Source of the DNA: Takakia lepidozioides
Lineage: Eukaryota > Plantae > Bryophyta
Direction of reading: 5' to 3'
Assembly (NCBI GenBank): GCA_030704615.1
Contig: CM060731.1
Location: 14,694,001 to 14,758,000 of the forward strand
DNA length: 64,000 bases
The notes under the pieces are model-generated. The model did not search any database. It saw only the letters and a list, made by a program, of their open reading frames with translations, and was not told the DNA's origin. The stretch's first letter is position 1; every line of letters starts with the position of its first letter. A program made the translations under genes and the position numbers. Of the stretch, positions 25,751 through 39,059 are shown piece after piece.

Positions 25751-27452
25751 GGACATCTTCATTTTCCGACCTCCTCGTATCGAACACTTGAGTTGTGCCC
25801 CGAGCTTTGAATCTTCTCTTGTTGGGGCAGTTTAATGCTATGTGATCATCTTCTCCACAATAAATGCATAATCCATTCGAGCGCCATCTTTGTTTTTCTT
25901 ATGGCGTCAATGGCTTGAATCGGACAGCATCAATCTGCATAGGATCATTACCGGATGTCTAATGGATCGTTGTATTTGGTGCCGTAGTAGCAACGGCATG
26001 GTGCGTCATCGACCATCCAGATCGCTTCTCTTGATGTCTTTCGAACAAACGATTATCGCATGCAATGACTTGGGTGATGAATTCACTCAATGTACTCACG
26101 TTTGGCATTGTTAGCAACAAATCTTTTACATCCTCTTTTAGGCCATATCGAAGTTGATTAATGAGGCTCTTCTCATTCCAGTCGAGGTCACATGCAAGTT
26201 GTCGAAATTCGGCAGCATAAACGGAAGTTGGACGTGCTTCTTGTCGAAGATTTCGCATCTTTGTCTCTGCAACTCTCTCTCTCTATCATTCTTTCCAAAT
26301 GTTGCAGTGAACTCGGACATGAACGCTTCAAAATTGTATAGTAAATGCGAATTTTTCTCTAATAGCGGTGCAAATCAAGATAGGGCAGTGCCTGATAGAA
26401 GGGTGCCCATGAATCCCACTTGAATACCTTCATCAGGATAGCGTTGTGGATGTAGTCGTAAGAACATCCGTACTTATTGAACAAAACCGCGAAATCTTGA
26501 TCTCGTCCCATCAAATTTCTCGGGCATGCTGACCTTTGGTTCCCTTGTAATCTGTTGAAAATTTGGAGGAACCATTGTAGTAGGATTTGTTGTAGTAGAG
26601 ACTCGTAAGGTTGAAGATCCATTGTTCGACTCCTTCAACTCTGAAATTTGTTGTTGCAAATTGTTGAGAGCGTTGTCAAGATCTTAAGACTGATCAGCTT
26701 GTAGTTAGGTAGTAGAGGCATGAAGTTCTTGCATTTGGAGCTGAAGACTCTGCAATGTGGCGACCATTTCCGCAAATGTGCCTTCCATCTTAACTAACTA
26801 AGGGACAAACTTTAGTCTCGTCAAACTGTCAAGGACGAGAACATGACTGAACACAAACAAGAGATCAGACTAGAGGTACAAGACTAGACAAGAAGTCAAG
26901 GTCGGCGTAGCCGAATGCATGATGAGTAAATAGGAATCAAGACGATCTTTATAACAATGAACAAGAATACAAGATATTGGAACACGACTTGAATACTGGA
27001 ATGCTGGAAACTGGACTGGAGTACCAGAACTAGAAACTGGGCTAAAGTATTGGGAACTGGAAATAAGAGTAGCTTGAACTGGTGTTGGCGAGACTGAAGA
27101 GTGTCTAGTCTCGCCTCCTATACTGGCTATTAAGAAGTTCCCTAAGAAGCTTCCCCTATGGAGGTTTCTTGATGTAGAAGTTTCCAAGATTAAACAAAGG
27201 TTTCTTGATGGAGAAGCTTCCTTAAACAAATGAGGTATCTTGATGGAGAAGTTTCCTCCAAATGAAGCTTCCTGAGCAGTTTCGCAAGTTACTCTTGGTA
27301 ATTTGATAAACTCTCGGTAACTTGGTAAATAATGATAAATCATGGTAGATCATGGTAAGTCATGGTAAGTCATGGTAACTTTCGGTAATATGGTAACTTG
27401 GTAACTTTTGGTATTTACTCATGGTAAATTCTTCTGGGCTATGTCCGTGACA
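25750..27452 (-). mobile_element. 5' half of Tcn1-like chromovirus C: LTR 26827-27452 and degraded gag
   Basis: TG..CA-bounded 626-bp LTR homologous to 47118-47748. Gag EPKVSMPEKFDGTRSRFRGF..YAAEFRQLACDLDWNEKSL. Flank ACAGC at 27453-27457. Confidence 0.88.
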
Positions 27453-27457
27453 ACAGC

Positions 27458-28421
27458 AAGGTTTGCTGCTCACCGACCTCACTTCCTCTAGAGTAGGATT
27501 TTCCTTGCACTTTTTTTAGTCCTCCATATTGGATGTTTTTTTCTTCCCCATAAAATGCTTGTACGTTGTTTTTTTCACGCCTGTGTGATGGTCGTCATGC
27601 TCCATGTCACTGCAAGATCGCAGGAAATTTTCGAGATCAATGGAGAGTATCCGACCATTTTCAAGAAGTCTTGTTTTTGTTAACGGCCATTTCACAATGG
27701 ACATCAGAGAACCGGATTCTCCAGAGATTGTTCTGGTGACTAGAACCCCAACATCGTCCTCTCTGAGTTCGTCATTCAGAATGATCTCGTTAGGAATGCA
27801 TGCCTGAATTCGACCTTTGAACAGGGTGTTTCCGTCTTCCCCAAGAAGAAGGCACTGCAAGTTTCTCCAGCAATTTCTCCCAAGACCTACAGCCGGATCC
27901 CCTTCAGTCTCACCGTTGGACGGAATTTCATTGCTTTCAGTGAATTGTCCTTGACAATCACTATCTTCTGTGATGGAAAGAGATCCCGGGAGTCTTTGAG
28001 ATGCTGAATCCACATATTCATGCGGGTGAACACAGGAGACGTCCCACACAATTGGAGTCCCAATCGCCTCTTTCAATGTGTTAGCATCCATGTGTCGATA
28101 AGGCAAAGGACAGGATCCGAATGCGTCATCACAAAAGATCAGGATAACTGAAATGGTAGACGAACACAAGTGTTGTCCGTGGCAAGTTCCTTCCCCAGAG
28201 ACATTCAGGCAATCTCCTGAGGCAACCACTGATGGAGATCCAAGAAGCAACAGAAACACCCTTTGGCCTACTTGGAACCCCATGAATTTAGTAACCTCCA
28301 GTGGACAGTGGAGGTTCAATAAAATCGGATTACGGGAAGGAAGATAAACTGAACGAAAGAACGTCGTGCCACCAAAAAGAAGAGTTGAAGTAGAACTTAT
28401 GGATTTAAAAGGTAAAGTCAA
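27458..28421 (-). pseudogene. N-terminal part of DUF7869-like DNA transposase T
   Basis: Reads through one stop to ..EVRSVSSKPCC, which continues in frame as KLQCCQYFDW at 47112 across the ACAGC TSD. Confidence 0.7.
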
Positions 28422-29074
28422 TGTTTGGATCTATCCCGAGACTGATGAAAAACACTTGGAATTGAAGTGGAGTATGAGGGCGGACTATAGCACAATGTGA
28501 CTACATCTATCTGATCTGTCAAAAGAAGTCACAAATGCCAATCTCCACTTGACAGTGGAGGTTGGATGATATCTGTTGATGAAATCAACCACATAGATGA
28601 ACAATGGATAATGAACAGGCCCTCTGTAGATGAGAAAATCATTCAGGGATGGATGAGTAATAATGTGGCGACTGCCCAGTAGAGGTTTGGGAGTAACTTT
28701 AAACAAACAAAAGCAAGTGTAGCTGGTGCACATGGAGAGTACACAAAAAAATGAGTATTATATTATCCTAATGTGTAGTTGACACCCGAGACTACAGAAG
28801 CAGAGAGAGATGCAGAGGCTGCTTCAGAAGTACCCTATGGCCAGAGTGGTGCAGGACAAGCAAAGAGGTGCACATTGTCAAGAGAGGTGCAGGATGTCCA
28901 GAGAGGTGCGCGAGAGAAAAGAAACAAGTGAGAGGTTCGCAGTGGGAAGTTGGTTCTGTGTGGAGTTGGACGTTATATAGAGGTGACAAGTAACTTTCAT
29001 CTTGAATCGGTCCGAATAAACGTGAAGAATGCCGATTCTGACAAGTGGCCGGGAGAAATGAAGTCATGCGGCTA

Positions 29075-29460
29075 GTGCAATTACGACTACATCACTATGC
29101 AGTGACAAACACGAAATCAGTTCTACCATCACTGCGGAGTGATAAGTGCGAAGTGATGGTCGTCACTGCATACGTGGCACCTACCCAACGACTCAGAGTG
29201 ATGTGGCGTGTAGTATTGTAGTCATAACTATACGACTACAAGGCTACGTGTCATGACTACACTTACGACTACGTCACTACAGATGAGCGCCAACATGGAT
29301 AGGTCTCTCCATGACACACGTGACCCCCGGGATGTATATGACTACACGACTATACCCTATGACTACACTTATGACTATATCACTACTCACTACTCACTAC
29401 ATCACTAAGGGTAGCATGTGGTATATGTCATGACTACAAATATGACTCCATCACTATAGC
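29075..29460. repeat. Cluster of GACTACA/CACTAC short motifs in both orientations
   Basis: Numerous (T/C)GACTAC and TCACTA motifs; resembles a subterminal array of a DNA transposon. Confidence 0.6.
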
Positions 29461-29839
29461 ATTGTACTAGTTCTGGTAGGTCATCTAACACGTGTCTTTA
29501 TTCGATTAGTTTATAAAACCATTAACACTATTTTATTTATTAATTTCATGTAAATTTTATTTATCGTTTTGATATTCAGATATGTTTAAATATACATAGC
29601 AATATATTTAATTGAATGAAAGAATTTCACACAATTCCCTCCTCTCGCAACATTCCAAGCCCGCAACACGTACATGTTTTGGCCATTTGTTGCATGTTCG
29701 TGTTGATCTTCCATACACTCAATCATCCTGGGTCATGGGTATTTTCATGGCAGAAACACTAATGTTAGTGTGTGATTAACTTGCTCAGGATACCTTTGTC
29801 TCTCATCCTTTACATGCAATAGCGGGGAAGAGGAAACAA

Positions 29840-30450
29840 ATGTTGTTAATTTTGAGTGTCAACGGACTCATCTGCTACCGGCCACCCCCAACCGGCGGTG
29901 AACTGTTTAAGGAGAAATTTTGTTTCAGGAATGTGACACTTCAAGTTCCTGACAGACCGTTTGTGGTGCCTCGGCATGGAGTCTTGGAGTTTCTGGACCT
30001 TGCATTGAAGTATTTTCACTTGGCCATTTGGTCATGCGCTGATAGAGGTGTTCTTTGTAGGATGTTGGAGAGCTTCGTCCCCACGAAAATAACGAGAAGT
30101 TTTGCTTCATATGGTCAGCTGAGGATTACAAGGATACTACCGGTTATATCAGGCCCGGGATGAAATATCTCGTGAAGGATATTCGCAGTGTTATTGCCAA
30201 GTTCCCTGGTAGACCGTTTGCTACGCAGAGACAAATATTTATTGTAGATGATGAGCCATCAAAAGGCCTGCGAAACCCACAAAATACTGGATTCTTCTCT
30301 TTCTCATTCAAGCCATCACCAAACGGCTTGCGTGACCGGTATGATATGACAAGGGCAGTGTGGCTATATATATCGGAGATGGCTAGAGCTTCAACAGTCG
30401 TTGATTACATTAGCGAGAACTGGGCAAAGTGTTCTCATAAGCCTATTGGT
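29840..30450 (+). pseudogene. FCP1/NIF-homology (HAD-like CTD phosphatase-like) domain, frameshifted, catalytic Asp missing
   Basis: LLILSVNGLI (degenerate motif I), PRHGVLEFLDLALKYFHLAIWS, YLVKDI, IFIVDDEPSKGLRNP..GFF follow the NIF motif order. Confidence 0.7.
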
Positions 30451-30499
30451 CGAGACTTGCATTGTCACCTACATAGGCCCGCAACATATCTTCTACAAC

Positions 30500-33400
30500 C
30501 TGATTTACTCTCAGCTCCAAACATTGTCCAAGAACGAATTGATTTTTGGGATTTGCTATGTCTGAATATTCATGGGCATAGTGAGGTGGACCATTGGATT
30601 TTGGCTGGTGATTGTAACATGACTGATAGGCCTACTGATAGGCTGGATTCTCACGCTGGTCTCTCACTTCAAGAATCTGTGGCTTGGGATTCGTTGTGTT
30701 TGCTTGTGGGTCTGGTAGATGCCTCCATCCCTCCGGATGATTCCCTGAGATTTACCTGGACCAACAACCGCATGCCCCCTGATCTTTCTATGGCTAGACT
30801 GGGCTATGCTAGATTGTGAGCAGAAAAAACTGTGAGCAAGATTTTGCTCATAGTTTTCACCCTATTATCGCGGACCTGTACCTGTTGGAAGCCCTGTCAC
30901 CGTGGGCTTCAAGCGTCGAAAATGGAGCATTTTTTGTAAAGAGTGAGCTTGCGGGTTAGCAGCAACATTGTGGAGTGGGTGATTGATGTTTGAGTGTGTT
31001 TTGAAAAGGAGTTAGATGAAAGGAGTGGATGAACAATGGATGAATGTGCGATGAAGAAAGATGGATGAGAAAGAGAGTGGATGAATAATAACGACGAATT
31101 CAGACCGGGGACCGCTAAAGGAAGCCCGAAAACACATCTTCAAACATGCAAGGCAGAGAAACTGGTGCTTCATAAATGTTTGTCTTAAAACAAATGAGTC
31201 ATTCCGAAAAGGCACTTCCACTGCTATCTGATTTTGAGCCCAAAACTAATGCAGAATTGTCTATAAAGATACTAGCCTTGCTCTGCACAAAAGCACCTCT
31301 GTCGCGGACCACAGGAGGGGGAGATGAGAGGAGACGAATGGGCCAGATTAAGGTGGCGTTGACGCCACCTTGACGCCACCTTAATCTGGTTGGTCTTCTA
31401 GGCTGGAATTAAGCTCCAACAGGGGATGGGAATTAAGGTGGCGTTGACGCCACCTTAATGCTGAGCCTGTTTCCCTCTATGAACATGGCTGCTCACCAAG
31501 GCTTTTATTTAGTTTTATTTAGTTTTTTTTTAGTTTTTTAGTTTTTGGGGTGAGTTGTCATGTTCCAACAGGGGCTGGGAATTAATGCCGAGCCTGTTTC
31601 CCTCTACGGATATGGCTGCTCGCCAAGGCTTTTATTTAGTTGTTATTGTTTTTTTGTTTTTTTTTGGGGTGAATTGTCATGTTCCAACAGTTTTTTTTGT
31701 TTTTTTTTTTTTTTTTTTTTTTCCCCGAATGTGCTAGATTAAGGTGGCGTCTTCTGGGCTGGAATTAAGCTCTAACAGGGGCTGGGAATTTACTGCTCGC
31801 ATGACATTCTCCCCTGGGTCTCGTCAGTCCCACTAGGCCCCATTTTGCCTGGGTTTGATCATGTGGAGGTCAGTTTATCCTTCTGTGCCCCGGGCCATAG
31901 ACCTAAGGGCAGAGGTTACTTCAAGCTTAACCCGTTTTTCTTAAAAACCCGGAAGTCTTGGAATCCCTCGCCATAGTCTGGTCTTCTGCGGGTAATCACT
32001 TTCACTCTCCTACTTTACGTTATCTTGCTAAGCTTAAGGCTACCCTCAAGGAAAGTCAGGAACTTTCCAGATCCTTTGCTCTTTTGAGAGCTCAGAGGGA
32101 AAATTGTTTGCTCAAGTGCCTGGAGGTCTGTCAGCAGCTAATTGAGGAAAAAAGGGAACGCCCCAATACGTTGCTCAATTACAATAGAGCTAAGGCTAAC
32201 CTCCAGGCAATCAAGAAGCACAAAGATGATGCCATGAGGCGAAAGGCGGGGGTCAACTGGTCCTTGAAAGGGGAAAAGATGAATAGGTATTTTTTTTATC
32301 AAAACAAAGCAGCGATCTATGGCTAACTCCATTGCTGCGCTGGTTGACCCTCAAGGGGATGTGCACTATTTAGCTAAAGAGATCTTGGCTGGGTTGGCAG
32401 CGGATTATTTTGCCTCACTTTTTGCTAGGCATGAGCCCTCACCAAACTCCAATGCAACAGCTGATTCCATTCTTCGTGCTGTCCCCGATTCCCTCAGTGC
32501 GGCCGATAAAGAGATGCTTGCTTCTCCCTTTACACTTAGGGAACTTAATGAAACAGTTGACTCTCTCAGCTCAGGTAAGGCGCCAGGCCTGGATGGCCTC
32601 CCTCTTGAATTCCTTAAAGTGATGTGGGGCACGATAGAGATGATTTTCTAGCTATGTCTAATGATATATTGAGCAAAGGGATCATGCCTTCGCAGATTTT
32701 TCTTACCTTGCCCCTCTGTTAAATTCTGAGCATGATCCATGGCCTCTCCCTATCTAGTTGGGAGGAACAGGGGGCTTGCCCTTCCAAGTGTTGTTAGCCC
32801 TCTCTTATTCACCAGATGGAATTCAAGGTTTACGGTTTCTAGCCTCCCCTAATGGGAATCTGTCGGTCCTGTCAATGGGGATTGTTGCCAGATCTGAGGT
32901 CTTCCCCATTAGAGTGATTGATCTGGTGTCAGGGAAAACCAACCCCCTACCCCCCCCGGGATGGTGGAGCAGTGGGCTGCTCAATCTAGTCTATGGGAAG
33001 TGGCAACACTTTCCTAATGCTACCATTAAGTGGAAGTCAATCCAGAAAGACATATGGCGCAAAGATAGAGCCTCTAAGATTTCCGCTTTCCTATGGAAAA
33101 TTGCTAATAGAATCCTCTTTGTGGCGGTCCACTACTTGGACGCCAACCCCTCCTGTAAAATGTGCTTTGGCAACTTTGAGGAGTCGATTGAGCACTGCCT
33201 TGTAAACTGCCCCATGGCTGCTCATGTTTGGAGATTGGTGTTTATCTTTTATTCCAACTGGATGGCAGGTGGTCTGGGAACTCCTTTAATCCAGCTCCTG
33301 CAAGCACGCATGGACTAGATCAGGGACCTAAGTAAAGGTATGATCCTAGGGACGTCTTCAACATGGATGAGACTCAAGGCCATCTTTGGAGTCCATGCTT

Positions 33401-34175
33401 TGTCTGGTCCTGCCTCCGTGCTCACACGTTGTGGGCATTGTGGAAGTCTAGATGCGCTTTCATGTATGAGGGGAAATGCCCCAGCATTAGGGCCCTACTC
33501 CATAAATTTTTTGCAGACCTGATGACTGAGGGGTTTAAGGCCTGGGGGTCATTGCTTGCAGCTTGTAACAAGTGTGGTGAAAGGAAATGTCAACAACTCA
33601 TCTTGGATTTTGACCTCTCCTGGGGAAAGAATGACGTTCTCTGCACCCGCACATCCGACCCGACCATTGATTGTAATTATGTCTTCCCCAATCAATGGCA
33701 AATCCCCGATGGAGTCTGAGGAGGTTGAGGTGAACTGGAGGCACCGCAAGCTCAGGATTCCAAGAATTAAGGCTTAGCTGGACTTTGCCCCAGAGGCACC
33801 GTAGTTGGTTCTCTTGGGGTGTAGTGTTCTTTAGCTAGAGGGTTGGTTGTCTCTCTAGGTTTGGGCCTTGTGGCTCTCGTGGGCAGAGCATCCTTTCTGA
33901 CACCCCCCCCCCTTCTTTTGTCTTCTCTTCTCTTCGCCTGGTGTGGCAGTTCTTTTTTCTAGTTCACAGCTCTGGTTCGTTCCCTTACGCGCTTAGAGCT
34001 TCCCTCGCTTGTCGCAATGCCGTTGTTTTACTAAGTATCCCCCATTACACCCTCGCTGCATCTCTCCGGGTAGTTTCCCATGTGTTCACGCCTTCACGGC
34101 CCCCTCATTATTCTCCTTTAATAAATTCCAGGGCCTCAGCCTCTGTTCTGTTATTTATTTAATAAAAAAAAAAAA
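30500..34175 (+). mobile_element. Degenerate L1/Tx1-clade LINE (APE endonuclease, RT start, zf-RVT region, 3' UTR, poly-A)
   Basis: WILAGDCNM, FTWTNNR..ARL, DH..YFKLNP, GEKMNRYFF, GKAPGLDGLPLEF, CKMC..ESIEHCLVNC. AATAAAAA.. tail at 34161-34175. Most of the RT is deleted. Confidence 0.85.
30811..31793. mobile_element. Unclassified ~1-kb insertion splitting the LINE endonuclease
   Basis: EN sequence stops at about 30810 and resumes at about 31794. The insert carries TTAAGGTGGCGT..ACGCCACCTTAA palindromes and internal duplications. Confidence 0.55.
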
Positions 34176-34571
34176 CCCATACTCATATGCTGCTTTGAAC
34201 CCACGATCATAATTTGTAAGGTGGACGTGTGCCCTATGTTGGATAGCATATCCTTAATATTTGAAGCAGCTTCGAGTACTCCTATACAACTCTCTCTGGA
34301 TCTAAGTGACCTAATTTTACACAAACACTCCATATTCTTACAGTTTTACCTGAAATACAATATCACGTTAAATATTGCACAATTTATTATTATTATTATT
34401 ATTATTTTGCACAATTCATAGCCACAATTCCATCTTGGCGAATTGTACTTGAGGGAGCCACCACTTTCAGTCCCATTCCAAGCCCTTCTAAATCTTTGAT
34501 AGTGCTGGAATGGAGTTTGCATTTGCACTCATTAATGCATTCTCATTGCCCTGCCAGATGGCCCAGATTGC

Positions 34572-34900
34572 CAGTGTTGGGCCGTTTTTCTTAATTTAAA
34601 AGAAACTGGAGAGACGACTACATGCCCTTGATGTGGAAAGTTAACCATTTGTAGAAGATGAAACCAAATCGGATCGAACCAGCGTTGGGCGGTTCTTGCC
34701 TTTGTGAAGGAACCTTCGGTTCTGGTTCCACAAATTTTTGAAGAGACGGTTCCGGATCCAGATCCGGTTATTTTTTTATTAAGGTGGTTCCGGTCCGGTT
34801 CAGGTTCCGACTTTTTAACATGGGGGCGGTTCCGGTTACCGGTTAGTTGCTGGAAAAAAAACACCGGTTCCCGGTTAGGTTCCGGTTCTTTTTTAAAAAT
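34572..34900 (+). mobile_element. Two hAT-type termini (CAGTGTTGGGC at 34572, CAGCGTTGGGCGGTT at 34680) with CCGGTTCC subterminal repeats
   Basis: Same terminal and subterminal motifs as 18152, in the same orientation. Confidence 0.65.
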
Positions 34901-35304
34901 ATATATTTTTTTTTTATTTTTTTTTATTCTTCTGGAAAATTAGATGAACTGATCTGATTGGTCATACTGAATATTCAGACTAAAACCAGGGAATTTTTTA
35001 GTAAAACAGAAGTAAATAAACTTATATGATTTTTGTGATTGTCTTTTATGGTATATATAACAAGTTAAATACGCATGGTCTCCATTAAAAACGGAAAACC
35101 AGAGATTTTATAAGTTTCCGTATAGTGTAGCAAAGAACAACTAAAACAAACTAACTACATAAGGATCTTAATTCAAAATACAAAACAAATTAAACATGTG
35201 TAATTCTATGGTTACCTTTTATGGTGCAGCAAAAGCACAACTAAAAAATACTACATAAATTTGTATTTTTGGGATGATTCTTTGTTGATATAGCATACAA
35301 CAAA

Positions 35305-36480
35305 CTAAATACACGGGATGTACCAGAATTCAGCCAATTCTGCCCCTGGCCATATCTCCTCCCTAGCCAGTGGCCTCATCCTATATCTCAAAGGTAGGAG
35401 AGTTTGATTGAGCAGATGCAATTGACCCAATGACCTGCAGGGGGTTAAGGCTTTGAATACCTTCTCTAGTACTTTTGGGATTTGGTGGGCTAGGACTATC
35501 ATCATTTTAAAGTATTCATCTGAATACTTTAGCCACTCCCCATCCTGCTTGCATGGCATGATTTGGAAATCATCCACTGCTACTGAAGTTGATGCCACCA
35601 GAACACTTGGTAATGGTACGGGGTTTACCTCCTGAGTAGATGGCCCTGTTGTGGCCTATACCAGTGCATGTTGACTTGGTGGTGGTTGTGTTGTTGGTGG
35701 TGTTTGTGCTAGTGTTGTTGTTGTTGATTGTATTGGTGTTTCCTGTTCATGGTCTTGCTCCTCTTGGTCGTCCTCGTTCGTGAGCTCCTCTTGTTCTGGA
35801 ATTGGTGGCAGGAATTCCTCGTGAATGTCTGTCACCAATTTCGCCAATTGACACTTCATTTGTTTTATCATTACCCTATTGAGTTTCTTCATTTCTAGCT
35901 TACACCCTTCACTGAACCATGTTCGGGCCAAGGCTGCGTCTGCTGCATCTAGCGCTGCTTGCAATGTCAACTTCTCCAGCTGCTGCTTCCATTCCTGTTC
36001 GTTGTGTAAGGCAATTTCTTTCTCTGTGTTGGCTGTGAACAGCCTACTTTCTGCATTTTCCCTTTCTCTTAGCAGTACAGTATTTGCATGAGAGCCATTT
36101 GGTTCCCTGGTCTTTGGTAGTCCTCAGCTGCATAAACCTAGTAAGTATGCTTGTATGCTTCACTTCTCCTTTGCTTTGCTGGAGGTGGCCTGTTGGTGGT
36201 GATGGTGCACAGTTCTCTTCCCCAATCGCTCAAGGTGCTTTTGGTGATTAGGGTTCTTTTTTGCTTTATGTCTTTCTCTCTTGCTTTTTGAGGTTCTTAG
36301 TTGACATCAATGACAAGTGTAGGGGTCTGTGATTCACCTGGGGTTCCACAATCCTCACTAACCTGTTGGTTTTTGTGGGGCTTGTGATGGGACCAGGTGA
36401 GGATCCCTACTTGCTTTGAATTCTCTTGAGCTTGCAGATAAGGATGTGAGCAAATGGAACATACCCTGTGTGGCGTCATG
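35305..36480 (-). pseudogene. Degraded ORF with coiled-coil and Q/T/P-rich segments, probably an accessory ORF of a TE
   Basis: Successive short minus-strand frames, lying upstream of the tandem repeats and partial LTR of element A. Confidence 0.3.
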
Positions 36481-37059
36481 ACTTGGCTGCTGCCTGCAGC
36501 CCCGATTTCGGCCCGCTTGCTCCCGGTTTGACATGTTGATGCTTATTTTTTACCTATGTTTTGCTGCCATTGATGGAGCATTTCGGCCTGGCACGCCTAT
36601 CTCTTGAAGCACAACATCTGAATCTTACCCTGTCTTGAATCTTTGACAGCATTGCTTGTGGATTCTTGGACTAGGTACAATTTTGGCCTTAAAGAGGAAT
36701 GATGGTTTAAGGGTAAAGGCATTAGTGGCTGTTAAGTTCTAAGGAAGAGGAGGCTCTATTTTTTAAAGATGGCGGCCTGATACGGCAATGACAAGCCTCA
36801 TTCAGGCCTGGATTTGATGTGGAATGGAGTATAGTGAGGTTCTATTTGCCAAACATGGCATTAGCCTCCTGGGAAACAGTGGTGGTAAGCTCTAATGGAC
36901 CTTGGCCAGTGATTAGTTGCCTCATTTTTCCATCAGAACAGCTACTTGCATTGTATGATTTATTTTGACCAAGTGGGCTTGGTCTCGGGCACTCAAAATG
37001 TATGTGTGTCCATATCTTGATGCTGTAACATGACAGGCCTTTCTTCCATGGCAAAATGT

Positions 37060-37680
37060 CTTACATGATGCATATCTTGGGGCAATTGTACATGGTGTAG
37101 AATGAAGTTGCAGTATGTTTTGTCATGCCCAAAGTGGGTCACTTGGTTGCATGTTTGGAGTCTAATTAACTGCAGGCTGGTCCAGCAAGATTCATGTGCA
37201 CATAGGCCTTGATCAATCTGTACAATGGCAGGCTCTTCTTACCTACCCAGAAGGCCTTGCACGATGCACGTCTTGGGATACTTACAATTGGCCAAACATG
37301 AAGCTGCAATATGTTTTGTCATGCCCAAGGAGTTTACTTGGTTGCATGCTTGAAATCGGATTAATTGCAGGCTGGTCCTTCAAGGTACTTGTATGAACAT
37401 ATCCTAAATCTGTAGTAGAACAGGCTGTTCTTACCTACCCACGGAGCTTTACATGATGCATGTCTTGGGGTACCTACAAATGACAAAGAGTGAAGCTACA
37501 ATGTGTTGTCATGCCCAAGAAGATTACTTGGTTGCATGTTTGAAATCTGGTAAATTGCAGGCTGGTCCTTCAAGGTGCTTGTATGAACATACCTTGAATC
37601 TATAGCAGGGCAGGCTGTTCTTACCTACCCAAGGAGCCTTGCATGGTGCGTGTCTTGGGTTACTTACAGGAATTTGAACA
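37060..37680. repeat. About 190-bp tandem repeat, about 3 copies
   Basis: TGTCATGCCCAA at about 37121/37317/37507 and CTTACCTACCCA at about 37237/37430/37620. Confidence 0.85.
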
Positions 37681-38066
37681 TGCTGCAGCAATCTGATTTT
37701 TCAGTACACAAGATGTTTGCTTATATGCTTGTCTTGTTGTCATGACTTGTACATAAACAAACCCCACCCTCCCACCCTGTTTTATTAGGAATGATTAGGG
37801 TGAAATCAATTGGGAAGTCATGACAAGAATGGAAGTGCCAAAATCGACATGGTACGTACGGACGGAATAGCATAACACCCTGATGACAAAAACTGGCTCA
37901 CTCACAAACCACAGGAGCAACCAGACAGTGATGACAACATGAACAAGAAGTTGTCACCACGGTCATCACAATCCTGGGACGCACTTCCCAACCAGTAGAC
38001 AGGAATGCCACCACCCTATATCCCCAAGAGACACAACAAACACCGGAACTGACGAAATTGTCCGGA

Positions 38067-38367
38067 CATCATCTCAAAATATATCTTGTTTGTCTTGAAT
38101 ACTGTTTGACTGTATGAACAAAGAGGCTTCAGCCTTTTCGACTAAGACCTTTTTAGCTGATGAGACTGCAGGTTGGGCTTAATTAGTAGGATTAAGCAAC
38201 CTACAGAGATGTTGATTCATACAACTACCATGGTTTAGCTATCCTTCAAACGATTACTCTGTAATCGTTTCCGAAGGCATATCGTCGGACTACCTCTGTT
38301 GCAGGTCTTGGGAAATGAGCTGTAGTGTTGAGAGTCTATTTTGTCTGTCATAAACCAGCGGTTAACA
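38067..38367 (+). mobile_element. 3' portion of an element-A LTR (partial 3' LTR)
   Basis: Near-identical to about 41224-41526, ends GGTTAACA, followed by GGTTT and no PBS. Confidence 0.85.
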
Positions 38368-39059
38368 GGTTTTACTAGGATAAGGGTTTACTAAGACTGT
38401 AGGGGTTTTGGTTTAAGTTAGAAATGGACAAACAAACATGGAAGACTCCACTCGCTAGACATAGACTCGCTTAGAGGAGGAAAAGGAGGAGAACATGAGA
38501 GGTATAAGTTAACGAGTGGCAAATTGAAAAGTATGGCAATAATGATAGGGTAAGGGTCCTCTTAGTGGGAGACCTCAGTTGGAGACTTGGCTTGAGTCAA
38601 GTCCAAGCATTGAGAGACGGATTGGAATTGGCGCAATGACGGGACATTGGAAAAAAACTTTTAGACCGGATTGGAAAAGAAAGACTCCAGGGGTTGTGCC
38701 AGCATTTTTTATTTTTTTTGGGTGCATTGTCTGTTTTGTAAGCCAGAATCCCCCACACGAATATTTGTAGATGAACGGAATGTACAACAGTGCTGAGTCC
38801 AGCACTCCAAAAGAAAAGATCGAGAACGTCCACTGGCCACTCGAGGTTCAGTGCGACAGAAAAAGAAAACATGAAGGATCCCCCAACGCAAACACGAAGG
38901 GAAAAAAACATAAAGAATTTTTTTAATCTTAAAATGAAGGACCGGAAATGACCTCAACATTTAGTCCACGGACGGAAAGTGGTTCGCAAGACGGTAACCT
39001 TTAGGTATCTGACTGAAGGTTAGCCTTCTCCAAATTCGCGCGCGCCTTCACTGCTTCCA

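Noticed and set aside
18152-34900. One intact 16-kb hAT element
   Set aside because: The termini at 34572/34680 are in the same orientation as 18152 and no TSD pair is found.
38157-38280. Hammerhead ribozyme suggested by CTGATGAG (also at about 41314)
   Set aside because: No correctly placed stem II plus GAAA core could be formed; ordinary LTR sequence.
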